The notes under the pieces were generated by a model that saw nothing but the letters and a program-made list of their open reading frames with translations, was not told where the DNA came from and made no database searches. Of a stretch of 64,000 bases of DNA, positions 1 to 9,882 are shown one piece after another (positions within the stretch are counted from its first letter, which is position 1; each line of letters opens with the position of its first letter). A program made the translations under genes and the position numbers. Source of the stretch: Nitrospirota bacterium (lineage in GTDB: Bacteria > Nitrospirota > Thermodesulfovibrionia > UBA6902); assembly GCA_016214845.1 (NCBI GenBank), contig JACRMS010000016.1, positions 20,488-84,487 of the forward strand. The letters run 5' to 3'.

Positions 1-1
1 C

Positions 2-235
2 AGGAAAAGTCGTGTTGCTATTACGATAAAGGATTATGGTTCAGGAATGGACAGCGAAACTGTCGAAAACATCTTCTTTCCTTTTTACTCAAAAAAGAGC
101 AGCGGCACGGGCCTCGGAATGGCGATAGCGAAGAAGATTATTGATGGACATCAAGGCAGAATTATTATAAAGAGTCAGACAGGAAAGGGAACGGAAGTGG
201 AAATCGAACTGCCCTATAACCCTGCCACCGGGTGA
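2..235 (+). CDS. sensor histidine kinase, C-terminal HATPase_c fragment (5' end lies outside the window)
   Basis: Frame 2 is open from nt 2 to the TGA at 233-235. Translation ...DYGSGMDSETVENIFFPFYSKKSSGTGLGMAIAKKIIDGHQGRIIIKSQTGKGTEVEIELP carries the G1/G2 ATP-lid motifs of histidine kinases. Confidence 0.7.
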   Translation, partial: RKSRVAITIKDYGSGMDSETVENIFFPFYSKKSSGTGLGMAIAKKIIDGHQGRIIIKSQTGKGTEVEIELPYNPATG

Positions 236-316
236 TAAGAGACAGCAATGACAATGAGGCTTTTTTTGAGGAGTGTCTTCTGGATCGTGATAATGTCATG
301 GCTGAGGAACTGAGCT

Positions 317-490
317 TTGATCTCCATTGAATACATACTTGCCGGGACAGCGGTCCTTTTGCTCCTGAGCATTATTGCGAGCAAGGCCTCGGATAAACTG
401 GGCATTCCGGCACTGCTCCTGTTTCTTGTTGTGGGGATGCTTGCTGGCTCGGACGGCCCAGGCGGAATTCATTTCGATGACCCCTACCTC
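317..490 (+). pseudogene. NhaP-type (CPA1) K+/H+ antiporter, N-terminal ~58 codons only; truncated remnant
   Basis: [59 protein letters not shown] matches the conserved N-terminus of NhaP2 antiporters. Similarity ends at about nt 490 and the reading frame then runs into unrelated sequence. Confidence 0.55.
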
Positions 491-498
491 GCGCCCAT

Positions 499-1734
499 AT
501 GGAGAGAGAGCAAACCTCGGAAAGGACTACGGACGTCATGGCGTTCAGAGCAAAACAGGGCATGTTCAACGGAGGGTATCCGAGACTGGGTTACGATATA
601 GATTATGAAAACAAATGTCTTGTAATAAATGAAGCAGAAGTCCCTATCGCTAAAGAGGCATTTGAAACTTATCTGAATAAAGGCTCTCTAAGTGAGACAG
701 CCACTGCCCTTAACTCAAGAGGCTATAGAATGAAGTCATGGACGGCACAGACCGGAAGAAAAATGGGCGGCGACAGGTTTTCAAAAAATAGTCTCAGCCG
801 GTTACTGAGCGCCCCGGTTTACATCGGTAAAATAAGGCATAAAGATAATCTGTACGATGGCAAGCATCCGGCTATCATAGACGAAGAAATATTCCATTCA
901 GTGCAGTCCATGCTCAACATCAATAATGTCACGAAAACAGGATACAGGCAGGATAATAATAAGTCTCTTCTGAAAGGTCTTGTTTATTGCGGATCATGTC
1001 ATTCGGCAATGACCCCGAGTTTTTCGTTATCAAAGGGGAAAGAATATTATTACTACCGGTGTCTTGCTGATAACGACAGAAGCAAAAAACAATGTCACAC
1101 TGGAAGTGTCAATGCGCGTCAAATTGAAAATCTTGTTATAGAGGAGTTGAAGTTTCTTGCAAGAGAGCCGGAGATAATTGAGGGAGTGGTTGAAAGCGCA
1201 ACAAAAGAACAGAAAGAAAAAGTAAAAGAGCTTGCGGCAAAGAAGAAGACGATACAGGAGAGCCTTAATCAGGCAGACAAGAAAGCAAAGAACCTTATGA
1301 ATATCCTCGGTGAGGCAGGAAAAGATGGAGAGCGTTTCACTTATATCATGAAAGAGCTTAATGATCTCGAAGACCAGGCCTCGGGACTTAAAAAACAGAT
1401 CGATTATATTACTTTTGAGATGAACAACCTGGAAAACAAGATTATTGATGCTAACGCTATCCGGGATAATTTCAAGGTCTTCAGAGATGTATTTAACCAG
1501 CTTACACAGGATGAAAAGTACGACCTGATGCATCTGTTAATCAAGAAGGTGGTCTATTATGAAGACGCGAAATATAATGGGAACGGCGTAACTGGCGATA
1601 AAACCGGCAAAATTAAAATGGATCTATGGGAGCTGCCTCCCATAGATCCACATAATCTGAACTCAGCAAATGGTTTTGCTGAGAGTAACGCCTGGCTCCC
1701 GGGGAGGGATTCGAACCCCCGACATGGTGGTTAA
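499..1734 (+). pseudogene. large serine recombinase, N-terminally truncated (recombinase domain + zinc ribbon + coiled coil; catalytic resolvase domain missing)
   Basis: Recombinase-domain motifs [11 protein letters not shown] and RLLSAPVYIGKIRH are present. The Cys-rich zinc ribbon is CGSCHSAMTPSF...YYYYRC...KKQCH, followed by a long coiled-coil. No ~140-aa N-terminal Ser-nucleophile domain is present, and an in-frame stop lies at 478-480. The 3' end overlaps the antisense of tRNA-Asn. Confidence 0.6.
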
Positions 1735-1768
1735 CAGCCACCCGCTCTGCCGGCTGAGCTACCCGGGA
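1693..1768 (-). tRNA. tRNA-Asn (anticodon GTT)
   Basis: Reverse complement is TCCCGGGTAGCTCAGCCGGCAGAGCGGGTGGCTGTTAACCACCATGTCGGGGGTTCGAATCCCTCCCCGGGAGCCA. It has a 7-bp acceptor stem (TCCCGGG/CCCGGGA), a D arm (GCTC...GAGC), an anticodon stem GGTGG/CCACC with loop CTGTTAA, a T arm with GGTTCGAATCC, and an encoded CCA. Confidence 0.85.
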
Positions 1769-2366
1769 ACACTTTGCAAGTCACTTCATTAACTAAGACT
1801 ATACATTATAAAGAATACCTGCCAACAAATTCAATATAAGAAATTTTCAAATTCTATAATGCGGAAATTCAATTGGCGGGGACTAAACATCTGCTTCAGC
1901 AGGAAACAATAATGGAATCCCTTACATGCGCGGAGAAAAGGGCTTTTTTGCTCAAAGGCGGGCTTAAAATAATTTGCGATACCCTGTAAGGTAAAAACCT
2001 TAATTTTCTATTCTGGGGTATTTGGCAGTTTTTTGTTTCCCCTGCGCTTGAGGGGAAAGCTTTCTTACCGCCAGCAACGCCATTTGTTGGCCGATTTGCC
2101 CGGTTCTTAGCTTAATCCGTTCCAGGGTATCGCAACATCATCTCCTGCTTTTAGTATAGCGCGATTTTGTACATAGTCAATAACATTAATCTAAATAGTG
2201 ATAAATGACAAGTAACGATTGACGGGGAGAATGTGTGCCGGGCTTTTCAACTTTCGTCTGGTACAACCATGTAATTTGACAGGCAACAGAATTAGGAGTA
2301 TAAAAGAATTAGAAGGTAGACACTCCATTAAATTCAACCGTGTACTACTGATCTCAGGGACTGAAG

Positions 2367-5300
2367 ATGACAACTCAAAACAATTCAAACATCCTCGCAA
2401 TAGATATCGGTTCAGTGTCTGTTTCAGTTGTAGAAATGGGCCTGAAAAAAGAAGTTGTTAAATCAGCTTATGAATTCCATCACGGCAATATCATTGAAAC
2501 CGTCAGAAAGGTCCTGAAAGATTTTGATCTCTCCGGTATTTGCGGTATCGCCTCTACCTCCTCAACCCCTGCGGTCATTAAAGTAAGCGGTCAGTATGAC
2601 AACCGGATATCAATAATCACAGCCGCCCGGCATTTTCACGATAAGATCGGGGCCATTTTAATAGTCGGCGGTGAGAAGTTCGGTCTGATAAGCTTTGATG
2701 AGAACGGCAATTACCTTAGTTTCAGATCAAACACCTCATGCGCGGCAGGCACGGGCAGCTTTCTCGACCAGCAGGCCAAAAGACTTAACCTGAGCGGCAT
2801 AGAGGAGTTGAGCGAACTCGCGTTCAACAATAAAGGCATAATACCTAAAATCGCTACCCGGTGCGCAGTATTCGCGAAGACAGACCTGGTCCACGCGCAG
2901 CAGGAGGGTTACTCCCTGGAGGAAATCTGCGACGGCCTGTGCAGGGGGCTGGCAAAAAATATAGTGGACACGCTGTTCAAAGATACAAAGACCAGTCCTC
3001 CCATTATATTCACCGGCGGCGTATCAAGGAACAGGGCCGTTGCCAGGCATATCCAGTCAATTATCGGGATGGACATTATCGCGGATGAAATGTCCTGGCT
3101 CTACGGCGCTATCGGGGCAGGACTCAATCTTATCGAAGAACCGGACCTGCTCAATAAGCTAAATATAAAGTCTGTGGATGATGTCCTCATTCACAAGCCT
3201 CCTGAAAAGAAACACTACTATGAGCCGCTCAGTCTGAAACTCTCTGACTACCCTGATTTCAGCAGCGTTGAAAAATACGACTACACCGCATTTGGTCTGG
3301 GAGACCTGTACCCTGTGGAGGTTGATATCTATGAGAATCTTCTACCTTCAATAAAATATGATGTCTACCTTGGGATTGATATTGGCTCTACAAGTACAAA
3401 GGCAGTGCTGATGGACAATGACCGGAGCGTTCTTGCCGGATTTTATACAAGGACAGCCGGCCGGCCTGTTCATGCGGTGCAGAAGTTATTTGCGTCCATT
3501 GATGATGTTATTGAAAAGAAGAACCTGAATGTCCGTATCACCGGGACCGGCACCACCGGGGCGGGAAGGAAATTTTCAGGAAAGATAATCGGGGCTGATA
3601 TCATAATCGATGAGATCACCGCCCACGCGCGCGCAGCGTATGAACTCAATCCAGAAGTGGATACAATCATTGAGATCGGAGGACAGGACTCAAAGTTCAC
3701 CACCTTGAGAAAGGGCATAGTTACATTCTCTGCGATGAATAATGTGTGCGCTGCCGGCACAGGTAGTTTTATCGAGGAGCAGGCGCTGAAATTACAATGC
3801 CCTTTGTCTGATTATTCCTCAAGGACGGAAGGCAAAAGGGCGCCGGTTTCAAGTGACAGATGCACAGTGTTTATGGAGAGGGACATCAATCACTATTTAA
3901 ACGAGGGGTACACAGTCGATGAAGTGTTAGCGTCGGTGCTTCACTCTATTCGAGAAAACTACCTGATGAAGGTCGCGATCGAAAGCAGCATTGGAAACAC
4001 AATATGCTTTCAGGGTGCGACCGCAAAGAACAAGGCCCTTATAGCCGCCTTTGAACAGAGACTGCAAAAACCTATTCACGTGTCCAGATATTGCCATCTG
4101 ACAGGCGCGCTCGGTGTCGCGCTTATGCTTTTGGAGCAAGGGGTAAAGGCAAGCAGGTTCAAAGGGCTGAAGCTTTATCAAAAACAGATACCGGTAAAAT
4201 CTGAGGTGTGCGAACTGTGCGCCAATCACTGTAAGATAACCGTTGCCGATGTTGACGGTGAAAGTGTCGCGTATGGTTTTTTATGCGGAAGGGACTATGA
4301 TACGAATAAATATATCAACAATAATCTCTCCGGTTTTGATCTGCTGAAAGAGAGAAGAAAGGTTTCTTCATTGAAACCTGCCGGGGAATATAAAGAGCAA
4401 TGTACCATCGGTATTCCGGCGGCGCTTCACATGTTTGAAGATGTGCCGCTCTGGAAAACATTCTTTGAAGAGCTTTCCATAAAGACCATTGCCAGTGAGC
4501 ATTATACAGAGGCGGTAAAAGAGGGGAAGCGTCTGGCCGGCGCCGAATTCTGCTCGCCCATAACCGCCCTGTACGGGCATGTGAAATATCTGCTTGAGAA
4601 GGCGGATTACATTTTCCTGCCCTTCTATCTCGAAAAGCAGTCAAAGGAAAAAGACGTCAGACGCCAGTTCTGTTACTATACCCAGTTCTCGCCCTCACTC
4701 GTTTCCCAGACTGCTGACAGAAACAGGTTCCTCATGCCGCTTGTTAACTATTTATACAATACGTTTTATACGAAGGTGCAGCTTTACAAAATGCTGAAAC
4801 CTGTCTTAAAGCACGGCATCAGTTTCTTTGATGTTTCCAAAGCATATGACAGGGCGCTTGAATTCAAGGATTCATGCTCGCTGAGATTAAAAGAAATATA
4901 TAAGAGAGAAACAAACAGCGATGATATACACGTTGTGTTTTTAGGCAGGCCCTACGCAATCCTTTCCGAAGCCATGAACGGAGGGATCCCGGATATCTTT
5001 GCGTCATTAGGCATTAAGAGTTTCTTCCAGGATATGCTGTCCTACGCGCCGGAAGACGTGGAGTCATTAGAGCCGCTTTGCAATGAGCTGCTCTGGTATT
5101 ACGCCTCAGAGATCTTAAGGTCCGCCGAGGCCGTTGCGCGGTCCGAGAATGCATACCCGGTATATGTGACCTCGTTCAAGTGTTCGCCTGATTCTTTCGC
5201 CGTAGAGTATTTCAAGAAGCTAATGGATGCGCATGAAAAGCCCTACCTCATATTGCAGTTGGATGAACACTCTTCAAAGGTGGGATATGAGACGAGGATA

Positions 5301-6587
5301 GAGGCAGCGGTCCGCTCTTTCAGCAATCATCATCGCTCTCATTCTAAGGACGGGGCAAAGAAACCAGTTACATACGGGCCATCGCTCATTCCGTCTAAAG
5401 AGAAAGAACTTTCCGGTAAGATACTGCTCATTCCAAACTGGGACAACCTCAGCCTGAGTCTGATCGTTGCCAATCTTAGAAGTGAAGGGATAGACGCAAG
5501 GCTTCTGGAAGAAACTCAGACAAGTATTCAAAAGAGCCTGCGGTACAACAGCGGCCAGTGTATTCCGCTTAATATAATTGCCCAGGCATTTATTGATTAT
5601 GTGGAGAAGCATGAGCTCGACCCTGCCAAAACCGTTTTGTGGATGCTGGACACGACCCTGGCCTGCAATCTCAGGATGTATCCTCATCACATAAAAAGCA
5701 TATTGAGCACCTATGGAAAAGGAATGTCGGAGGCCGGCGTTTATACGGGGAGATTGTCCTTTATGGACATCTCGATAAAACTTCCAGTAGACACATATTT
5801 CGCCTACATGTTTGGAGGGCTTGTCAGGAAGATGGGATGCAAGATACGGCCTTATGAAAAGGTAAAAGGGGAAACAGACAGGGTGATCAAAAAGAGCATT
5901 GCTATCCTTTCGGACGCCTTTCTCGGAAACCGGTCAAAGGAAATTGCTGTTGCTGAAGTAGTGTCGTATTTTGAAGCCATTGAAACACGTTACGAAGAAA
6001 GGCCCAAGGTGGCCATCTTCGGTGATATGTATGTGCGGGACAATGAAGTGTTGAACCAGGACCTCGTGCATTTCATTGAAGACAACGGCGGCGAGGTCAT
6101 CACGACCCCCTTCAGCTCTTACCTCAAGATGATCTCAGGGCAATATTTCAGGAAGTGGTTCATTGAAGGAAAATACCTGGACATACTGTCTTCAAAGACA
6201 TTGATCGCCACGGTGACCATGTTAGAGAGATTTTATTATAAATTCTTTGAGCGGATATTGAATGAACCCGAACCGGAATATGATGAATCACCGGAGAAGC
6301 TCCTTGCGGAATATAATATCAGGGTGGAAAATACCGGCGAATCAATGGACAACATACTGAAGCTATTTTATATAAAAAAGTATTACCCCGATGTAGCGCT
6401 CTTCGTTCAAACAATCCCCGCCTTATGCTGCGCATCTGTCATTACTGAAGCGATGGCAAAAGAAATAGAGAAAAGAACAGGAACTCCCATGGTGTCTATC
6501 ACATACGACGGCACCGGAGGAAATAAGAACGATATTATCATCCCCTACCTCAAGTACCCGGCGTCGAGGCATCTTATTGTGATTTAG
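2367..6587 (+). CDS. fused CoA-substrate-specific enzyme activase (two BadF/BadG/BcrA/BcrD-type ATPase domains) plus two 2-hydroxyacyl-CoA dehydratase-like (DUF2229-type) domains, 1406 aa
   Basis: There are two HgdC-like modules. The first has DIGSVSV...SCAAGTGSFLD...RCAVFAKTD...FTGGVSRN. The second has IDIGSTSTKAVL...CAAGTGSFIEEQA...RCTVFMERD. About 750 aa of dehydratase D-component-like sequence follows. RBS-spaced ATG at 2367. Confidence 0.8.
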   Translation: MTTQNNSNILAIDIGSVSVSVVEMGLKKEVVKSAYEFHHGNIIETVRKVLKDFDLSGICGIASTSSTPAVIKVSGQYDNRISIITAARHFHDKIGAILIVGGEKFGLISFDENGNYLSFRSNTSCAAGTGSFLDQQAKRLNLSGIEELSELAFNNKGIIPKIATRCAVFAKTDLVHAQQEGYSLEEICDGLCRGLAKNIVDTLFKDTKTSPPIIFTGGVSRNRAVARHIQSIIGMDIIADEMSWLYGAIGAGLNLIEEPDLLNKLNIKSVDDVLIHKPPEKKHYYEPLSLKLSDYPDFSSVEKYDYTAFGLGDLYPVEVDIYENLLPSIKYDVYLGIDIGSTSTKAVLMDNDRSVLAGFYTRTAGRPVHAVQKLFASIDDVIEKKNLNVRITGTGTTGAGRKFSGKIIGADIIIDEITAHARAAYELNPEVDTIIEIGGQDSKFTTLRKGIVTFSAMNNVCAAGTGSFIEEQALKLQCPLSDYSSRTEGKRAPVSSDRCTVFMERDINHYLNEGYTVDEVLASVLHSIRENYLMKVAIESSIGNTICFQGATAKNKALIAAFEQRLQKPIHVSRYCHLTGALGVALMLLEQGVKASRFKGLKLYQKQIPVKSEVCELCANHCKITVADVDGESVAYGFLCGRDYDTNKYINNNLSGFDLLKERRKVSSLKPAGEYKEQCTIGIPAALHMFEDVPLWKTFFEELSIKTIASEHYTEAVKEGKRLAGAEFCSPITALYGHVKYLLEKADYIFLPFYLEKQSKEKDVRRQFCYYTQFSPSLVSQTADRNRFLMPLVNYLYNTFYTKVQLYKMLKPVLKHGISFFDVSKAYDRALEFKDSCSLRLKEIYKRETNSDDIHVVFLGRPYAILSEAMNGGIPDIFASLGIKSFFQDMLSYAPEDVESLEPLCNELLWYYASEILRSAEAVARSENAYPVYVTSFKCSPDSFAVEYFKKLMDAHEKPYLILQLDEHSSKVGYETRIEAAVRSFSNHHRSHSKDGAKKPVTYGPSLIPSKEKELSGKILLIPNWDNLSLSLIVANLRSEGIDARLLEETQTSIQKSLRYNSGQCIPLNIIAQAFIDYVEKHELDPAKTVLWMLDTTLACNLRMYPHHIKSILSTYGKGMSEAGVYTGRLSFMDISIKLPVDTYFAYMFGGLVRKMGCKIRPYEKVKGETDRVIKKSIAILSDAFLGNRSKEIAVAEVVSYFEAIETRYEERPKVAIFGDMYVRDNEVLNQDLVHFIEDNGGEVITTPFSSYLKMISGQYFRKWFIEGKYLDILSSKTLIATVTMLERFYYKFFERILNEPEPEYDESPEKLLAEYNIRVENTGESMDNILKLFYIKKYYPDVALFVQTIPALCCASVITEAMAKEIEKRTGTPMVSITYDGTGGNKNDIIIPYLKYPASRHLIVI

Positions 6588-6644
6588 AAGGTAAGTCACG
6601 GTCTGTAGGCTCCTTTGGGGCCAATATCCAAGTTGTTGAATGCT

Positions 6645-6675
6645 GTCATTCCCGCATGTAGTAAGCGGGAATCCA
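6645..6675. repeat. half copy (left hairpin) of the GTCATTCCCGC...GCGGGAATCCAG palindromic repeat family
   Basis: gtcattcccgcatgtagtaagcgggaatcca is a hairpin with stem ATTCCCGC/GCGGGAAT. Confidence 0.6.
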
Positions 6676-7035
6676 ATTTAAATTTCAGTTGACGAGAGAA
6701 GAGTACACTACACTTTTAAGGTACCAAATCGGCACCTTGAAAAGAGGTCAGAAGCGCCTGAAGATCGGGTTTAAAAGAGAAGATTAAAATAAGGTTTCAA
6801 CGGGCCTTTTATTTAACTTTTCCAATTCGGCACGCAGTGCGTACCAAATTAACATGGACACATTGCCGTTTGCTTCTGTCAGTTGAAAACGGGAACGCCC
6901 GAAAGAACTGGCAAGGGAGTTACGGCGTGAGATGGAGTTGATCAAGGGGGAGAAAAGGTTGCATAGATAAAAGTTTTTGAATAATTCAAATATCAATAGG
7001 AAAGTCTGACCCCATACATTCCCATACACTATTAC

Positions 7036-7263
7036 ATGGAAATTTCAGGCTATTTCCAGGCCAATCCCCATATTGGGATAGCACTGGGAGGGGTTTTATT
7101 GGTCTTGCTCATGCGAAAGCCGAAGTTGTTTTTTGTGATCGCGCTGATAGTGGCGATCAATGTATTCGTCCTGTACCTTATTTCTTATGCGGCATCAGTA
7201 TCAGTAACACAAAAGCAAAACCTCGTCATTAAAGCGGCATCGGAGTTAAAAAACTCTCCCTGA
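7036..7263 (+). CDS. hypothetical small membrane protein (75 aa)
   Basis: ORF with a strongly hydrophobic core (IGIALGGVLLVLLM...FFVIALIVAINVFVLYLI). No recognisable family. Confidence 0.25.
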   Translation: MEISGYFQANPHIGIALGGVLLVLLMRKPKLFFVIALIVAINVFVLYLISYAASVSVTQKQNLVIKAASELKNSP

Positions 7264-7337
7264 TGCCTTCAGAGCGTAGGCTCGAAAGATCGCAAGAGCA
7301 GAAGCGATGTCCCCATTTTTTTGATCTTAAAGAAGAA

Positions 7338-7369
7338 CTGGATTCCGGCTTAAAGACTGCCGGAATGAC
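7338..7369. repeat. half copy (right hairpin) of the same palindromic repeat family
   Basis: ctggattccggcttaaagactgccggaatgac. Confidence 0.55.
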
Positions 7370-7425
7370 AAAGAGTTGTTGACCGCTGAAAATGTTTTGA
7401 TATACTTCTACTCAGGAGCTGACCG

Positions 7426-7785
7426 GTGAACATACTGAAGAGATGGCTGATATCAGGTCTTTCCCTTTTCGCGGCAGCGTGGCTTGTTCCGGGCATAAGA
7501 GCGGAAGGGAATGCGCTGGCCGTCTATTTCGTAATGGCCGCCATCCTGGGGCTCATCAATCTGACCTTGAAACCGATACTCTTACTGCTCTCCCTGCCGA
7601 TCACCATTCTCACACTTGGACTGTTCATGCTTGTCGTCAATGCGCTCATGCTCTGGTTTGCCTCTGACATCGCGGTCAAACTGTTCAATATCGGATTCTA
7701 TGTCGACGGGTTCCGGCCCGCGTTCCTGGGCGCCCTTATCGTAAGCGTTGTCTCGACGATATTGTCAGCTCTTATACGGGACTGA
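7426..7785 (+). CDS. DUF360 / phage-holin-family-4-like (YvlD-type) membrane protein
   Basis: GTG start. MNILKRWLISGLSLFAAAWLVPGI... has 3-4 TM helices and an N-terminal signature typical of the DUF360 family. Confidence 0.5.
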   Translation: MNILKRWLISGLSLFAAAWLVPGIRAEGNALAVYFVMAAILGLINLTLKPILLLLSLPITILTLGLFMLVVNALMLWFASDIAVKLFNIGFYVDGFRPAFLGALIVSVVSTILSALIRD

Positions 7786-8043
7786 TACAGAAAATAAGCT
7801 TTCAGCTCTCAGCAATCAACTATCGGCGAGAAAGAGGAGACCCCTACCCTGCTTATAAGTCCATTAGCTTTTTCCAATTGTAAATCAAAGTATTTTGTGA
7901 TAGATAAACTTTATTGATATTTCAGCCGAACCTTTTGCAATAAGAGGGGCAGGACAGTGAAGCGTTTTAGTAACGAAGCAAAACAGCGGGCCGCCGAAGT
8001 ATAAGTCTTTGGCGGGTCCGTTTTTTGTTTTCAGGAGAGAGTT

Positions 8044-9879
8044 TTGAGGTCGGGCTTGAGCTTCAACAGTATCAGGACACGGCTTACTTTCTGGTTATTG
8101 GTCATGACCATGATCCCGCTTTTTATGGTCAGCGTGGCGATCTATTTCTACATGGTGAACTCCCTGAAGGTGTCGATATACAACAGGCTTGAAGCTGTCC
8201 GCGACCTCAAGGCCGATGAGTTGAACCACTGGCTTGATGAAAGGACCATGTATGTCCGCACTATCGCCGCCGATGACAATATCCGCGTCCTGGAAGATAA
8301 CAACGCCTCTATTTCCGGGGCGCGGGACCAGCTCAGAAAATATATGCGGAATTATTATGCCTTTCAGGAGGTCCTTGTTGTCAGCCCGAATACCAGAAAG
8401 GTAATGGTCTCTACCGACAGGAACAACGAGGGCAAAAAATTCTCAAAAGATATTCTCTTCAAGGATGGAACAAAAAGCCTGAACCTCCTTACCGAAGACA
8501 TACATTATTCCGGGGCAACGGACATCCCCTGCATGGATTTTTCACTCCCTGTTTTCAGGCGGGCGGACAGCGTCAGCGTAACAGGCTTCATCGTTGCCAG
8601 GGTCAACCTCGAGGCCTCTCTCTACAAGCTCTTGAACCGCATGGGAATGGAGAGGACAGGCGAGGCCCTCCTTGTCAACAGGGACGGTATCGCGCTTAAT
8701 GAGCTGCGCTGGCTCAAGGGTTCAGCGCTGAAGACGAAACTCAGGTCAAGGCCGGAGACAGAAGCCTCGCAAGGACACACCGGCATCATCGAGGCGTATG
8801 ACTACAGGGGGGAAATGGTGCTGGCTGCTTATACTTTTATACCGCAGACCGGTTGGGGATTTGTAGCTAAACAGGACCTTAAAGAAGTGTATGCGCCCAT
8901 TTATCAACTTAGAAGATGGATGCAGGCTATCAGCGTCATAACTTTCTTCGGGGTGATCATTGTGGCCTTCTGTGTTTCCCGGTCTATCTCCAATCCGATC
9001 AAGGCGCTGCACAAGGGAAGTGAAATAATCGGAAAGGGGGACCTTAATTATAAAGTCGGCACGGACACAAAAGATGAGATCGGCAGGCTGTCCAGGACCT
9101 TTGACCTTATGATAGAGAATTTAAAGTCACTCACTGCGTCCAGGGATGATCTGAACAAAGAGATTGCTGAGCGCAGGCACCTGGAGAAAATGCTTATCGA
9201 GATCAAGGAGCACGAACGCAGGCGCATCGGGTATGACCTGCATGACAACCTGGGGCAGCAGCTTACGGCCATTTCATTCATGACACAGGGGCTCGAAAAT
9301 ATATTGATGAAGAAACATGTCCCTGAGGCTGAAGACGCTGGAAGGATCACATACCTTATCGAAACGGCAAAGGCGCAGGTCAAGTCCCTTTCAACGGGGC
9401 TCTCGCCCATACTCGAAAAGGGTGAGTACAGTCTCATAACAGCCATGGTGGACCTCGCTGCGAATTCTGAAAGACTCTTCGGGATACCGTGCACCGTCAA
9501 ATGCAATAAATCCGTCCTCCTGTATAACGAAGCCGCTCTGATACATCTCTACCGTATCGCGCAGGAGGCCATTACCAACGCCGCAAGGCACGCAAGGCCC
9601 ATGCAGATAAAGGTCCGCCTCAACAAAGAAGGTGATGTAATTACAATGACGATCAAAGACGACGGGACCGGGTTTACGCCAAGCCGGGGCAGGGGCATGG
9701 GCCTGGAGATCATGAGATACAGGGCGGGTATAATCAACGCGTCACTTGATATTCATTCGGACATCAAGACCGGGACACATGTAAGATGTATCTTCCCGGA
9801 TACGCGGGAAAGCGATGCCTTTGAGAACAACCAAAGGCCGGAACGTTCAATGTTCCCTCTATTGATCAAAGGAGTATGA
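8044..9879 (+). CDS. sensor histidine kinase (periplasmic Cache-like sensor, HAMP, HisKA_3, HATPase_c)
   Basis: N-terminal TM, ~250-aa extracytoplasmic domain, second TM. HisKA_3 H-box ERRRIGYDLHDNLGQQLTAI. C-terminal HATPase (DDGTGF...GMGLEIMRYRA). TTG start with AGGAGAG RBS. Confidence 0.8.
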   Translation: MRSGLSFNSIRTRLTFWLLVMTMIPLFMVSVAIYFYMVNSLKVSIYNRLEAVRDLKADELNHWLDERTMYVRTIAADDNIRVLEDNNASISGARDQLRKYMRNYYAFQEVLVVSPNTRKVMVSTDRNNEGKKFSKDILFKDGTKSLNLLTEDIHYSGATDIPCMDFSLPVFRRADSVSVTGFIVARVNLEASLYKLLNRMGMERTGEALLVNRDGIALNELRWLKGSALKTKLRSRPETEASQGHTGIIEAYDYRGEMVLAAYTFIPQTGWGFVAKQDLKEVYAPIYQLRRWMQAISVITFFGVIIVAFCVSRSISNPIKALHKGSEIIGKGDLNYKVGTDTKDEIGRLSRTFDLMIENLKSLTASRDDLNKEIAERRHLEKMLIEIKEHERRRIGYDLHDNLGQQLTAISFMTQGLENILMKKHVPEAEDAGRITYLIETAKAQVKSLSTGLSPILEKGEYSLITAMVDLAANSERLFGIPCTVKCNKSVLLYNEAALIHLYRIAQEAITNAARHARPMQIKVRLNKEGDVITMTIKDDGTGFTPSRGRGMGLEIMRYRAGIINASLDIHSDIKTGTHVRCIFPDTRESDAFENNQRPERSMFPLLIKGV

Positions 9880-9882
9880 ACC

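Noticed and set aside
1030-1533. 167-aa minus-strand ORF
   Set aside because: It lies entirely antisense within the serine recombinase fragment. The composition is low-complexity (F/L/K-rich) and it has no motif or RBS. It is a spurious antisense ORF.
6990-7010. RNase P RNA P4-like motif (AGGAAAGTCTGACC)
   Set aside because: It resembles AGGAAAGTCCGG only partially. No flanking conserved P1-P4 or GNRA elements could be traced.
7900-8030. Possible sRNA or leader with hairpin (cgggccgcc...ggcgggtccg + T-run) upstream of the 8044 kinase
   Set aside because: The stem is imperfect and there is no conserved riboswitch signature. It cannot be supported beyond a candidate terminator-like hairpin.
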